This document shows positions 1 to 8,588 of a stretch of 64,000 nucleotides of DNA, piece after piece. Position numbers and translations under genes: made by a program. Each line of letters starts with the position of its first letter. Position 1 is the first letter of the stretch. The notes under the pieces are model-generated. The model made no database searches and was not told the DNA's origin. It saw nothing but the letters and a program-made list of their open reading frames with translations. This DNA is from Acidobacteriota bacterium (GTDB lineage Bacteria > Acidobacteriota > Vicinamibacteria > Vicinamibacterales > UBA2999). The stretch lies in assembly GCA_030697165.1 (NCBI GenBank), contig JAUYQQ010000004.1, positions 205,390 through 269,389 of the forward strand. Reading direction: 5' to 3'.

Positions 1-859
1 TCAGCGAGGCGACCGCGCCCCACTTGGCCAGCACGTTGACGCTGTTTGACGCGTAGATGCGCATGTCGCGAATCATTTCCGCCGGCGCGACCGAGTAGCC
101 GATGCGCATGGCGGCCAGCGCCGCGATCTTCGAGAAGGTGCGGGCCACGACGACCGGCCGGCCCTCGAGCACATACGGGATCGCGGTGCCATACGCGGGA
201 TCGTCCACGAAGTGGTGGTACGCCTCGTCGATCAGCACCGGCATGTCCTTCGGGATGTTGTCGAGCAGGTCCTTGATTTCCCTGGCGGTGACAATCGCGC
301 CGGTCGGGTTGTTGGGATTACACATGTAGACGAAGCCGATGTCGCGCGCGTAACGGTTCGCGGTCTCGATCATCTGGCTGATGTTCTGCCGGTAGTCCTT
401 GGTCAGCGGAATCTGAATCGAGTCGGCCTTCACGTTGGCCGCCTGCTGAAAGATGCTGGCGTAGGACGGGCTGACGCCGAGCACTTTCTTCCCCGGCCCG
501 AGGTAGGTCGTGGCCATCACGTTCAGCCCCTCGCCCGATCCGGCCGTCAACAGGACGTTTTCGCGCCTGACACCGTGGTGGTCGGCAATCACCTGGACGA
601 CGTTGCCGTCAGGGTAGCCGTACCGGTTGGAGTACTTCCACGCGTCGTTCATGGCCTTCATCACCGACGGCGGCGGGCCGTAGTTGTTCTCGTTGCTCGC
701 CAGCTTGATGTAGGCGTCGTACTCGGCTTCGCCGCCGGTGAACTGGGCGGTCTGCCCTTGCGCGCGCAGGTCGGCCTCGGGACGAAGACTCAGGGCGCCG
801 ATGGTCGCGGCGACGCCCCCTACGAACTGACGACGAGAAAACGGATGCCGAACGGACAT
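1..859 (-). CDS. PLP-dependent aminotransferase (HisC-like, class I/II) with twin-arginine signal; 3' end runs off the window
   Basis: My own minus-strand translation from ATG at 857-859, with GGAGG just upstream. It reads MSVRHPFSRRQFVGGVAATIGALSL..., then ...CNPNNPTG... and ...ARTFSKIAALAAMRIGY (PLP-lysine motif). It is absent from the ORF track because there is no stop inside the window. The plus ORF 212..982 is its antisense shadow. Confidence 0.75.
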   Translation of the reverse strand, partial: MSVRHPFSRRQFVGGVAATIGALSLRPEADLRAQGQTAQFTGGEAEYDAYIKLASNENNYGPPPSVMKAMNDAWKYSNRYGYPDGNVVQVIADHHGVRRENVLLTAGSGEGLNVMATTYLGPGKKVLGVSPSYASIFQQAANVKADSIQIPLTKDYRQNISQMIETANRYARDIGFVYMCNPNNPTGAIVTAREIKDLLDNIPKDMPVLIDEAYHHFVDDPAYGTAIPYVLEGRPVVVARTFSKIAALAAMRIGYSVAPAEMIRDMRIYASNSVNVLAKWGAVASL

Positions 860-998
860 GAAAACCTCCAGGAAGGAACGAGAAATCGGGTGAATTCTAT
901 CCCGAGCGGCGCCAAACCAGAAACGCGCCTAAAATCCCAGGTGGTCATCGTGGTCGAACCTTCCCGGGGCGGCCTCGTATGATTAGGGAAAGGAGCTT

Positions 999-1235
999 AT
1001 GGTGTTTGGACCCCTGAAACGCGTGAAGTTCCTCGTCACCGCCCCGTTCATCCTGCTGCTCTGCCTCGTCATCAACATGATGACGTCGCCTGGCCAGTGG
1101 TGGGTGCAGTGGGTGGCGCTCGGCCTCGGCATTGCCTGGGTGATCAACCTGTTCAAGTTGATCCGCGACATCGTTCTGCTCGGTGGCCTCGCCGCCTTCG
1201 GCGCCTACCTCTTCAACCGCAACCGCCAGGGCTAG
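999..1235 (+). CDS. small integral membrane protein (2 predicted TM helices)
   Basis: ORF 999..1235 is preceded by AAAGGAG. The translation has two hydrophobic stretches (FLVTAPFILLLCLVI and WVALGLGIAWVINLF) and then LLGGLAAFGAYLF. Confidence 0.5.
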   Translation: MVFGPLKRVKFLVTAPFILLLCLVINMMTSPGQWWVQWVALGLGIAWVINLFKLIRDIVLLGGLAAFGAYLFNRNRQG

Positions 1236-1268
1236 CCTCGGGTGGAGGCAACCCCTTCCTGGGGTTGC

Positions 1269-1903
1269 CTATCTCCCCGCCACACTCCGCAGCATCGTCA
1301 ACAACAGGTCGACGGCCACCGTGTTGTGGCCGCCGAGCGGGATGATGACGTCGGCGTAGCGCTTGCTGGGTTCCACGAACTCCAGGTGCATCGGCTTCAC
1401 GGTGCTCTGGTACTGGTCGATTACCGATTCCATGGTCCGCCCGCGCTCGGCGACGTCGCGCCGCAGACGGCGAATGAACCGCGTGTCGGAATCGGTGTCG
1501 ACGAACACCTTGATGTCCATCAGGTCGCGCAGGGCCGCGTCCGTGAACACCAGGATTCCCTCGACAATCAGGGCGCGCCTGGGTTGAAAAGTGTTGGTTT
1601 CCGACAACCGCGCGTGACGCGTGAAGTCGTACTGCGGCACTTCGACGGCCTGCCCCGCCTTCAATTCCCGCACGTGCCGCACCATCAGGTCGGTCTCGAG
1701 CGCATCGGGGTGGTCGTAATTGAGCGCCGCGCGCTCCTCCAGCCGCAGGTCGTTTCGGTCTCGGTAGTAGCGGTCGTGGTCGAGCAGGGTGACCTCGTCC
1801 AGGCCCAGGCTGTCGACAATCCGCCGGACCACGGTGGTCTTTCCTGAGCCGGATCCGCCGGCGACGCCAATTACGAAAGAGGGCTTTTTGATGCCACGAT
1901 CAT
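1269..1903 (-). CDS. udk: uridine kinase; 5' end apparently frameshifted
   Basis: ORF 1269..1832 carries the Udk core (...YDHPDALETDL..., FVDTDSDTRFIRRLRRDVAERGR). The P-loop (IGVAGGSGSGKTT) is encoded in frame just upstream (1833-1875) but has no ATG/GTG/TTG. The only plausible ATG (1901-1903) is one frame off across a T5/A5 run at 1885-1889. Confidence 0.8.
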
Positions 1904-1971
1904 ATATCGCAGCCCGACAGGCACACCAATTGCAACAGTTGGGAGCGTGAACCTACTGCCGCCCAAGCTGA

Positions 1972-2175
1972 GCCGCTACGCAGGTCGCCAACCGCATCAC
2001 GCTGGGACTGATCCTGGCCGCGCTGATCGTCGGCGGCTCGATGATCATGCGCGTCGAGACGACGGCCCGCATCTTCGGGTATCCTGCGTTGGCAATGCTG
2101 ATGCTGGCCGGCGCAGGGGCCGCGTACCTGGCGATCCAGATCGTGCGGCATGACCGCACGCCGAAAACCCGGTGA
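1972..2175 (+). pseudogene. possible C-terminal remnant of a membrane-anchored protein (tail resembles ABC1/UbiB kinases), or a 44-aa small membrane protein starting at ATG 2041
   Basis: An open frame of only 67 codons reads ...VANRITLGLILAALIVGGSMIMRVETTARIFGYPALAMLMLAGAGAAYLAIQIVRHDRTPKTR*. That is two TM helices, with no start codon before the first one. Its TGA overlaps the GTG of the next gene (GTGA). Confidence 0.25.
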
Positions 2176-3629
2176 GCCTGTCTAAGCCTTCGCCCCGCAG
2201 CCAGCCGTCGCCGCTCCGACACCGTCCCCGAACGGCGCGCACGAGCTACAAGCCCGCCCGCGATCCGCGCACGACGACACCCAAGGGCATCTCGACCGCA
2301 TGGACGCGGGTGCGCCGCCTGATCTGGTCGTGGCCGCCGTGGGCCGCGGTGTGCGTGTACTTCGTGGCCCAGGGCGACTGGTGGAAGGCGTTCGCCGCCG
2401 GCGCGTGGGCCGGGCTCTGTTCGCTCTCGACGCCGGTGGAGTTTCCCCCGCAGTACGGCTTCGACCACGGGCTGACCGTCGGCTCGGACGACTTCCTCCA
2501 CACCATGGCCGGCGCCGCCGGCGTGCCACTCGAGCCGGGTAACTCGCTCGAGTTGCTGAACAACGGCGACCGCTTCTATCCCTCCATGCTGGCGGCCATC
2601 AAGGGCGCCGAGCGTTCGATCACCATCGAGGCCTATATCTACTGGGCAGGCGAGATCGGCCTCACCTTCGCGAGGGCGCTGGCCGAGCGGGCGGCGCACG
2701 GCGTGAGGGTCAAGATCCTGCTCGATGCCGTCGGCTCATCGACCGTCGGCAACGAGATCCTCGAGATCCTGCGCCACGGCGGCTGTCACGTCGCGTGGTA
2801 CAACCCGATCCGCTGGAACCGGCTGCGGCGCCTGAACAACCGCACGCACCGCAAGTCGCTGATCATCGACGGCCGTATCGGGTTCACCGGCGGCGCCGGC
2901 ATCGCCGACCATTGGACCGGTGACGCGCAAGACGACCAGCATTGGCGCGACCTGCAAATCCGCATGGCGGGGCCGGCGGTGCGGCCGCTGCAAACCGGCT
3001 TCGCGCAGAACTGGCTGGAGTGCACGCGCGAGTTGGTGGCGGGTCCGGACTTCTATCCCGACCTGCCGCCGGCCGGCCCGCTGGCTCTCCAGACCGTCAT
3101 GAGCTCGCCCGAAACCGGCGCCTCGGCCGCGCGGGTCATGTACTGCCTGGCGATCTCGGCCGCCCGTCACAGCATCGACATTGCCAACCCCTATTTCGTA
3201 CCCGACCACCTGGCCATCGACCTGTTCCGCGACGCCATCAAGCGCGGCGTGCGGGTGCGCATCATGATGGCGGGCACGTCAAACGACAACTGGATCGCGC
3301 GGCTCAACAGCATCCGGCTCTACGGCGCGCTGCTCGAGACCGGCGTCGAGCTGCTCGAGTACAACCGCACGATGCTGCACCACAAGACGATGGTGGTCGA
3401 TGGTCTGTGGGCCACGGTGGGGACCACCAACTTCGACAGCCGATCATTTGCGCACAACGAGGAGAACAACGTCTGCCTGTGCAACGCCGGGGTTTCGCGC
3501 GAGCTGAACGAAATGTTCGAGGAGGATGCCAGGTCGTGCGAGCGCGTGGACCTCGAGCGGTGGCGCAAGCGGCCCCTGTGGGCCAAGGCGCGGCAGGCAC
3601 TGGCGTCGTTCGTCCAGGACCAGGTCTAG
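2172..3629 (+). CDS. cls: cardiolipin synthase / phospholipase D family protein
   Basis: Two HKD motifs are present: HRKSLIIDGRIGFTGGAGIADHW and HHKTMVVDGLWATVGTTNFDSRSF. There is an N-terminal hydrophobic segment. The exact start is uncertain. Confidence 0.85.
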   Translation: MSLSKPSPRSQPSPLRHRPRTARTSYKPARDPRTTTPKGISTAWTRVRRLIWSWPPWAAVCVYFVAQGDWWKAFAAGAWAGLCSLSTPVEFPPQYGFDHGLTVGSDDFLHTMAGAAGVPLEPGNSLELLNNGDRFYPSMLAAIKGAERSITIEAYIYWAGEIGLTFARALAERAAHGVRVKILLDAVGSSTVGNEILEILRHGGCHVAWYNPIRWNRLRRLNNRTHRKSLIIDGRIGFTGGAGIADHWTGDAQDDQHWRDLQIRMAGPAVRPLQTGFAQNWLECTRELVAGPDFYPDLPPAGPLALQTVMSSPETGASAARVMYCLAISAARHSIDIANPYFVPDHLAIDLFRDAIKRGVRVRIMMAGTSNDNWIARLNSIRLYGALLETGVELLEYNRTMLHHKTMVVDGLWATVGTTNFDSRSFAHNEENNVCLCNAGVSRELNEMFEEDARSCERVDLERWRKRPLWAKARQALASFVQDQV

Positions 3630-3639
3630 GTGGTCCCGG

Positions 3640-4911
3640 CTAGAAGACCTCGCTGAAGTAGAACCAGAACCCTTCCTGGATCTTGCTCGTCAACGACCGC
3701 TGGTCCTTCCAGGTCGCGGCCGTCATCATCGTAGACTTCTGCAAGTCCGCTTCGAAGTCTCGCAGGATGGCCGCGGCCAGGCCGCGGTCGTGAACCGCGA
3801 CCACCAGTTCATCGTTCAACTCGAACGACCGGTTGCCGAAATTGGCCGAGCCAATGAGGCTGACGATGCTGTCGACCACCAGCGTCTTGGTGTGCATCAT
3901 CGTCGGCTGGTACTCCGCGATCTCCACGCCCAAATCGAGCAGGTCCTGGTACTCGGACCGGCTCGCGTGCTTCACCGGCATGGCGTCGGTGATCGTGCCT
4001 TCCCCAAGCAGCCGCACCCGGACGCCGCGACGGCGCGCCTCGGTCAGTGACCACAAGGTCGATTCGTCGAGGGTGATGTACGGGGATTGAATCTCAATCG
4101 AGTGCCGGGCCGCTGCGATGGCGAGCAAATACACCAGCTTGATGTTGCTGGCGCCCGCCGTCGGGTTGCTCCAGACCACGACCGACCGCGCGCCCGCCGG
4201 CCGCGGCGGCGGCTCCGGGTCGAGCGCCGGCGCAGACCGGCCGCCCGATTCGAGCCAGTTCTCGTAGAACGAGGCTTCGAGCATGCGAACCACGGGACCC
4301 TCGATCCGAAACTGCGTATCGCGCCAATGGTCCTGGTCCTGCGCGTGCCCCTGCCAGTGATCGGCGATCCCCATGCCGCCAATGAACGCCACCTCGCCGT
4401 CGGCCACCAGCACCTTGCGGTGGGTTCGGTAGTTGGTCTCTTCGAGCGCCCAGAACCGGAGCGGGTTGAACCACTTCACCTGCACGCCGGCCTGCTTCAG
4501 CCGATCCTGCGACGCATCCGACAGGCTGGCGCCGATCGAGTCCAGCACGACGCGCACGGTCACGCCGCGCCCTGCCGCGGCAATGAGCGCGGCAATGAAC
4601 TGTTCGCCGGTGGCATCGTCCTTGGCGACATAGCTTTCGAAGCTGATGCGGGACCGGGCGCCGGCAATGGCGTCGAGCATCGCGGGATACGTCTCGTCGC
4701 CATTGCGGAGCACGGTGTAGGCATTGCCATCAATGGCGGCGGTGCCCGTCAAGGCGGCCAGGTAGTCGGGGAACCCGGGGTCCGCCGCCTCGAGCGGGCT
4801 TTCGACGCGGATCGTCTCCTGATCCTGGGCGATCAGCAGGAGGACGCCGATCACGGCCAACGCAATTGCGATGAGGTAGGGCCACTGACGCCGGCGGCGA
4901 GGCTCAGCCAT
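3640..4911 (-). CDS. cls: cardiolipin synthase / phospholipase D family protein (paralogue, convergent with 2172..3629)
   Basis: N-terminal TM helix (WPYLIAIALAVIGVLLLIA) and two HKD motifs: HRKVLVADGEVAFIGGMGIADHW and MHTKTLVVDSIVSLIGSANFGNRSF. Confidence 0.85.
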   Translation of the reverse strand: MAEPRRRRQWPYLIAIALAVIGVLLLIAQDQETIRVESPLEAADPGFPDYLAALTGTAAIDGNAYTVLRNGDETYPAMLDAIAGARSRISFESYVAKDDATGEQFIAALIAAAGRGVTVRVVLDSIGASLSDASQDRLKQAGVQVKWFNPLRFWALEETNYRTHRKVLVADGEVAFIGGMGIADHWQGHAQDQDHWRDTQFRIEGPVVRMLEASFYENWLESGGRSAPALDPEPPPRPAGARSVVVWSNPTAGASNIKLVYLLAIAAARHSIEIQSPYITLDESTLWSLTEARRRGVRVRLLGEGTITDAMPVKHASRSEYQDLLDLGVEIAEYQPTMMHTKTLVVDSIVSLIGSANFGNRSFELNDELVVAVHDRGLAAAILRDFEADLQKSTMMTAATWKDQRSLTSKIQEGFWFYFSEVF

Positions 4912-5039
4912 ACGCTAAGCCCTTGCAACATGTACGCCGAAACCTTGGCCGAGCCGCGATTAAGATGGGATTAGGTGGCGAGGTGGCTTGCCATGAGCGA
5001 ACCAACGAACCGCCGAAGGCGATTAGTTGGTGAGTCGAA

Positions 5040-5097
5040 TGGTGCGGAAGAGAGGACTCGAACCTCCACCCGGTTGCCCGGACTAGCTCCTGAGGCT
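5040..5097. repeat. att core copy (displaced 3' fragment of tRNA-Leu), distal prophage end
   Basis: tggtgcggaagagaggactcgaacctccacccggttgcccggactagctcctgaggct is identical over 58/58 nt to 53375-53432. The flanking bases differ on both sides. Confidence 0.95.
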
Positions 5098-5232
5098 TAA
5101 GGGATGTCTCCGGTAACTTGTTGAAACCACAGAATTAGCAGGCAGGCGATGGGCGCGGCGCGGGGTAGCTCCGGGGTAACTCGATTTTTCGGGGATGGGC
5201 GGTAAGCCAAGCGCCGGTCTACCATCGCCTTC

Positions 5233-5451
5233 ATGATCAACAACAAGACAACCAAGGCCTGCGAACGCTGCGGGCAGCCGGCCGACGTCCAGGTAGTGGC
5301 GGATGGATTCGATGACGCCCCCGAGAGCTTCACCATCACCAGGACCTGCAGCGCCGGATGCACGAAGGTCTACGTCGCGGGCGTCACGCCTGAAGAGATG
5401 CACGCGAGCACCGGGCTCCCGCTCGCGGGCTGGTCGGAGACACGCTACTAG
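5233..5451 (+). CDS. hypothetical small protein with CxxC...CxxxC (zinc-ribbon-like)
   Basis: ORF 5233..5451 contains CERCG ... CSAGC. It is the only plus-strand ORF at this prophage end and is convergent with the lysis-end genes. Confidence 0.4.
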   Translation: MINNKTTKACERCGQPADVQVVADGFDDAPESFTITRTCSAGCTKVYVAGVTPEEMHASTGLPLAGWSETRY

Positions 5452-5467
5452 TACGCCAGGGCGAACT

Positions 5468-5539
5468 GAGGGGATCAAGACACCAGCCTCCTCCACCGGG
5501 GCAGCGGAGGCTCCCAGCGACCGGCTCTTGATCGCCCTC
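5468..5539. terminator. long imperfect hairpin between convergent genes (possible bidirectional terminator)
   Basis: gaggggatcaaga (5468-5480) pairs with tcttgatcgccctc (5526-5539). An inner stem agcctcc/ggaggct is also present. It lies between the ends of 5233..5451 (+) and 5662..6267 (-). Confidence 0.3.
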
Positions 5540-5661
5540 AGGTCTTCGGCGGCCACGGGAACTCCGTCCCACATCCGACGCACACGAAGCGGCCAGGCGT
5601 GCCAGCCGGTTCCGCCGGCGTGGCCACGTCGCAGCGCTTTGGGCACGACGGCCCGTCCGGA

Positions 5662-6267
5662 TCATCGTTTGCGATGGCCGGCCGCCTCGAGGATGTCCGC
5701 CAGCTTCTTGCCGGCGACGTAGACGTGCGCGACGTGGCGTGCGAACGTCATGGCCCCCGTCGGCGCGACGCGGATCGGCCCGGACCGAAGCGCCGCCTCG
5801 GCCGCGGCGGTTGCCAGGCGGCCCTCCGGCGTGAAGCGTTCCGGCGTGTCGAGGCCGGCGAGCCGAATCGTCGCGGTGTAGCTGACGTCGAACCCGAGGT
5901 CGACCCGGAGGACGTACGTGTCCGCGTCGACCACGCGCACGAGCGACGCCGGGTAGCTCGTCGGCTGCGCGCTCGCCGGCGCCGGTAGCCACAACGCCAT
6001 CAGCAGCAGCCAGGTCAACGCCGCGTAGATCTTCGCGTTCGGCCGCTCGCGGAACCGCTTCTCGACGTCGGCGCCCACAGCAAAGTGATCGCCGACGCGC
6101 GACGCGACGCCAACCCGCCACGACGGCCGGCCGCCGGTCCAGTCAACGCCGACCACGAGGGCGCCGGTCTTCCCGGCCGGGATCTCGTTCAGGCGGGCCC
6201 GCAGTCGCGCGAGGTCCGGATCGGTCGCGGCGCTTTCAGGCGCGGGCGAGGTAGTCGGGGCGGCCAT
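5662..6267 (-). CDS. secreted thermonuclease (staphylococcal nuclease, SNase-like)
   Basis: C-terminal half: SLVRVVDADTYVLRVDLG...IRLAGLDTPE...ARHVAHVYVAGKKLADILEAAGH. It is preceded by a signal-like LTWLLLMALWLPAPASAQ. Start chosen at the internal ATG 6267, because the longer ORF overlaps the upstream gene heavily. Confidence 0.6.
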   Translation of the reverse strand: MAAPTTSPAPESAATDPDLARLRARLNEIPAGKTGALVVGVDWTGGRPSWRVGVASRVGDHFAVGADVEKRFRERPNAKIYAALTWLLLMALWLPAPASAQPTSYPASLVRVVDADTYVLRVDLGFDVSYTATIRLAGLDTPERFTPEGRLATAAAEAALRSGPIRVAPTGAMTFARHVAHVYVAGKKLADILEAAGHRKR

Positions 6268-6913
6268 GACGATCCTTGATGGTGTCGAACAGTTGCGGCC
6301 AGACGCGCGGGAACCATTTCGGATCGGCCAGCGCGCCGCTATGCCCGAGGCCGGGCACCTTCCAGTTGATGTCGGCGAGCAGCTGCTGGCGTTCGATACC
6401 GACGTTGCCATCGAAGGCCTCGCCGATCGCCTGCCAGAAGTCGAAGCCGTCGTGGTAGACGTGGACCCAATGGCCGATGTTGGGGCGCGCGGCCTGGCCG
6501 TACGCCTTCAACACGTCGGCCCTCGCGGGCGACCCGAACGAGATCAGGACGTTGACCTTGAGGCCGCCGGCGCAGGCAATCAGCACCGGCTGCAGGCCGT
6601 GGCTATGGGCCGCGATGTGCAGTTCGGGGCCGGGGATGCGCCGGTCGCTCGCGATTGCGGGGACGCACCAGTCGATCAGATTCTCGGCGCTCGACTTCCA
6701 GACGCGCAGCCGATTCCCGAACCCGACGCCGTCGACGACGGTCGGCCAGCAGAAGCCGTGCCCGTCGTCGCCGAGGCGCGGCGTGAACCCGTTCGCGCGC
6801 CAGAACGCCATGAGCGGCCCGGTCGTCGGGTCGTACCACTGGCCGGCGCTCGAGCCGTCCCACCCATGCGTGCCGGCGACCGCGAGGATCGGGATCACGG
6901 CACCGGCGCCCAT
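6236..6913 (-). CDS. alpha/beta-hydrolase-like serine esterase/lipase
   Basis: The nucleophile-elbow-like motif HIAAHSHGL sits in an alternating beta/alpha pattern (VIPILAVAGTHGW..., VNVLISFGSP...). Start taken at ATG 6913 (MGAGAVIPIL); the region upstream is Arg-rich junk. Confidence 0.5.
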   Translation of the reverse strand: MGAGAVIPILAVAGTHGWDGSSAGQWYDPTTGPLMAFWRANGFTPRLGDDGHGFCWPTVVDGVGFGNRLRVWKSSAENLIDWCVPAIASDRRIPGPELHIAAHSHGLQPVLIACAGGLKVNVLISFGSPARADVLKAYGQAARPNIGHWVHVYHDGFDFWQAIGEAFDGNVGIERQQLLADINWKVPGLGHSGALADPKWFPRVWPQLFDTIKDRHGRPDYLARA

Positions 6914-7830
6914 TTGTTCGACGGGCGATCGTTGGCCGGGCCGAGAGCGCCGCCCACGAATCGCGCGCCCGGCGCGCCGATGCCGCCGACCACGTCGGCG
7001 CCCGTCCACTCGCGCACGCTCGCGCCAGGCTGCAGGAACGTGATCACGTCCTCCGCGTATTTGCCGTCAGGTCCGAGGCCGCCGTCGCATTCGGTCGCGT
7101 TGCAGCCTTGCTCGCCGCCGCCCTTGGTGAGTAGGCCCCACCCCCACGATTCGGTCGTCTGCTGCGCGCCGGCGCGCAGCGCCTTCACCACGCGACGCAC
7201 AATCAGGTGACACGAGATCGCGGCGCCCTGGCGGCAGAACCGCAGGTCCTCCGGCGACTGGTTTGCTACGGCGTCAAGGCATTCCTGCGACACGCGGCCG
7301 TCGTTGTTCGCCGCCGCGCAGGCCGCGATCGTCGGACTCTCAACGGGCGGCGCCGGCGGAGCGGGCACCGCAGTCGGGGGAGGCGCGGGCGGCGGTGGTA
7401 CGACGACCGGAGCGGGAGTCGGCGCGGGCTTCGTCGACGCGAGCCGCACGGTAAACTGCCGATTGCCGGCCCCGTCCGCCTCGTCGGCCGACGCGCCAAG
7501 CTGGAACCGCCGCGTCACCGGCGCGTAGTCGTCCGCCTCCACGCGAACGCCGTAGACGGTCCCGCCGGCCGGCAGCTGGAACGCGATGTAGCCGACGCCG
7601 TCGGCCTGGCGCTCAGGTCCGCCCTCCACGCGCGCGAACGCGGTCCCGATCGGCGCCCCGGTGCCATCGTCGAGCACTTCGAGCGCGAGCGTCGCCATTG
7701 GCTTCGATGGTTCCGCCGGTCGGGCGGTCGGCTTCGTCGGCGGCGGCACGCCGATGACAATCGGCGGCAGCGTCATGCCGCAGGCCACTGTGGCGAGCAG
7801 CGCGAAGGTCGAGAGAATCAGTCGCGTCAT
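6895..7830 (-). CDS. lipoprotein with proline-rich linker, function unknown
   Basis: N-terminus MTRLILSTFALLATVACG (lipobox-like), then a long P/A/T-rich linker (KPAPTPAPVVVPPPPAPPPTAVPAPPAPP), then a Cys-containing C-terminal domain. Confidence 0.6.
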   Translation of the reverse strand: MTRLILSTFALLATVACGMTLPPIVIGVPPPTKPTARPAEPSKPMATLALEVLDDGTGAPIGTAFARVEGGPERQADGVGYIAFQLPAGGTVYGVRVEADDYAPVTRRFQLGASADEADGAGNRQFTVRLASTKPAPTPAPVVVPPPPAPPPTAVPAPPAPPVESPTIAACAAANNDGRVSQECLDAVANQSPEDLRFCRQGAAISCHLIVRRVVKALRAGAQQTTESWGWGLLTKGGGEQGCNATECDGGLGPDGKYAEDVITFLQPGASVREWTGADVVGGIGAPGARFVGGALGPANDRPSNKWAPVP

Positions 7831-8006
7831 GGTGTTCTACTCCCTGAAAAGACAAAGCGGCCCGAAGCCCACGCGTGGGTGCGTGAACCTCGGGCCGCTC
7901 ATGGTCCCGATGCTCTATGTCGTGTCTCAGCGCGCCAGAGCGCGACGCCTTTCAGCGATCGACGGGTGGCCACCACGTCGACGCCATAGCTGAGACAACT
8001 TCGTGG

Positions 8007-8564
8007 TCAGCGCTTGATGCCGGGATCCCTGCCCGTACGAATCATGGTGGCCAGTCGATCGGCGCGGCCGCGGCGGCCCGCCAGGCCATCGTCGACTTGC
8101 CGCGCCCAGACGGAGTCCATGATGTGAAACGAGACGGCCGTCCAGCACGCTTCCTGAAATCCGACATCACGGGTCGACAGCGCCATGTCGGCGAACCGGA
8201 CCGCGCTGACGAACTTGGCGGCGCCGGCGACGCCTAGGTTGAAGACGAAGTCGATAATTGCGCGTTGCCGCACCCCATCCAGCGCGTCGTAGTTGCGCCA
8301 GCGGTCGCGCACGTCGGTCTCGAACCGATCGACATCCGCCGCCAGCTGCAGACGGCCATCCGCTTCGGTGAGCCCGTCACGTTCGATCCCGGCCCGCGTC
8401 AGCGGACGGCCCAGCGCTCGTTCGAGCGGGCCGAGGCCACGGTCGTCGATGTTGTAACCGCACAGGATCGTGAGCTTGCCGGACGTGCACCGGTAGAGGC
8501 GCAGCCGCATGCCTTCGTGGTCAATCAACTGCTGGCGCAACGCGGCGAGATGGTCAGCAGTCAT
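8007..8564 (-). CDS. endolysin, glycoside hydrolase family 24 (T4/lambda-type lysozyme)
   Basis: LIDHEGMRLRLYRCTSGKLTILCGYNIDDRG carries the catalytic Glu context, and ...AIIDFVFNLGVAG... is also typical. There is no N-terminal hydrophobic segment. Confidence 0.85.
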   Translation of the reverse strand: MTADHLAALRQQLIDHEGMRLRLYRCTSGKLTILCGYNIDDRGLGPLERALGRPLTRAGIERDGLTEADGRLQLAADVDRFETDVRDRWRNYDALDGVRQRAIIDFVFNLGVAGAAKFVSAVRFADMALSTRDVGFQEACWTAVSFHIMDSVWARQVDDGLAGRRGRADRLATMIRTGRDPGIKR

Positions 8565-8588
8565 GGCGGCCTCCGTGCACGGCGGGCG

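Noticed and set aside
212-982. 256-aa plus-strand ORF in the track
   Set aside because: Arg/Val/Gly-rich nonsense. It is antisense to a well-supported minus-strand aminotransferase (PLP-lysine motif, TAT signal, RBS) that the track misses because it has no stop in the window.
5040-5097. Second tRNA gene at the left prophage end
   Set aside because: Only the 3' 58 nt (anticodon stem to CCA) are present. The 5' acceptor and D arm are missing, so this is the att duplication and not a gene.
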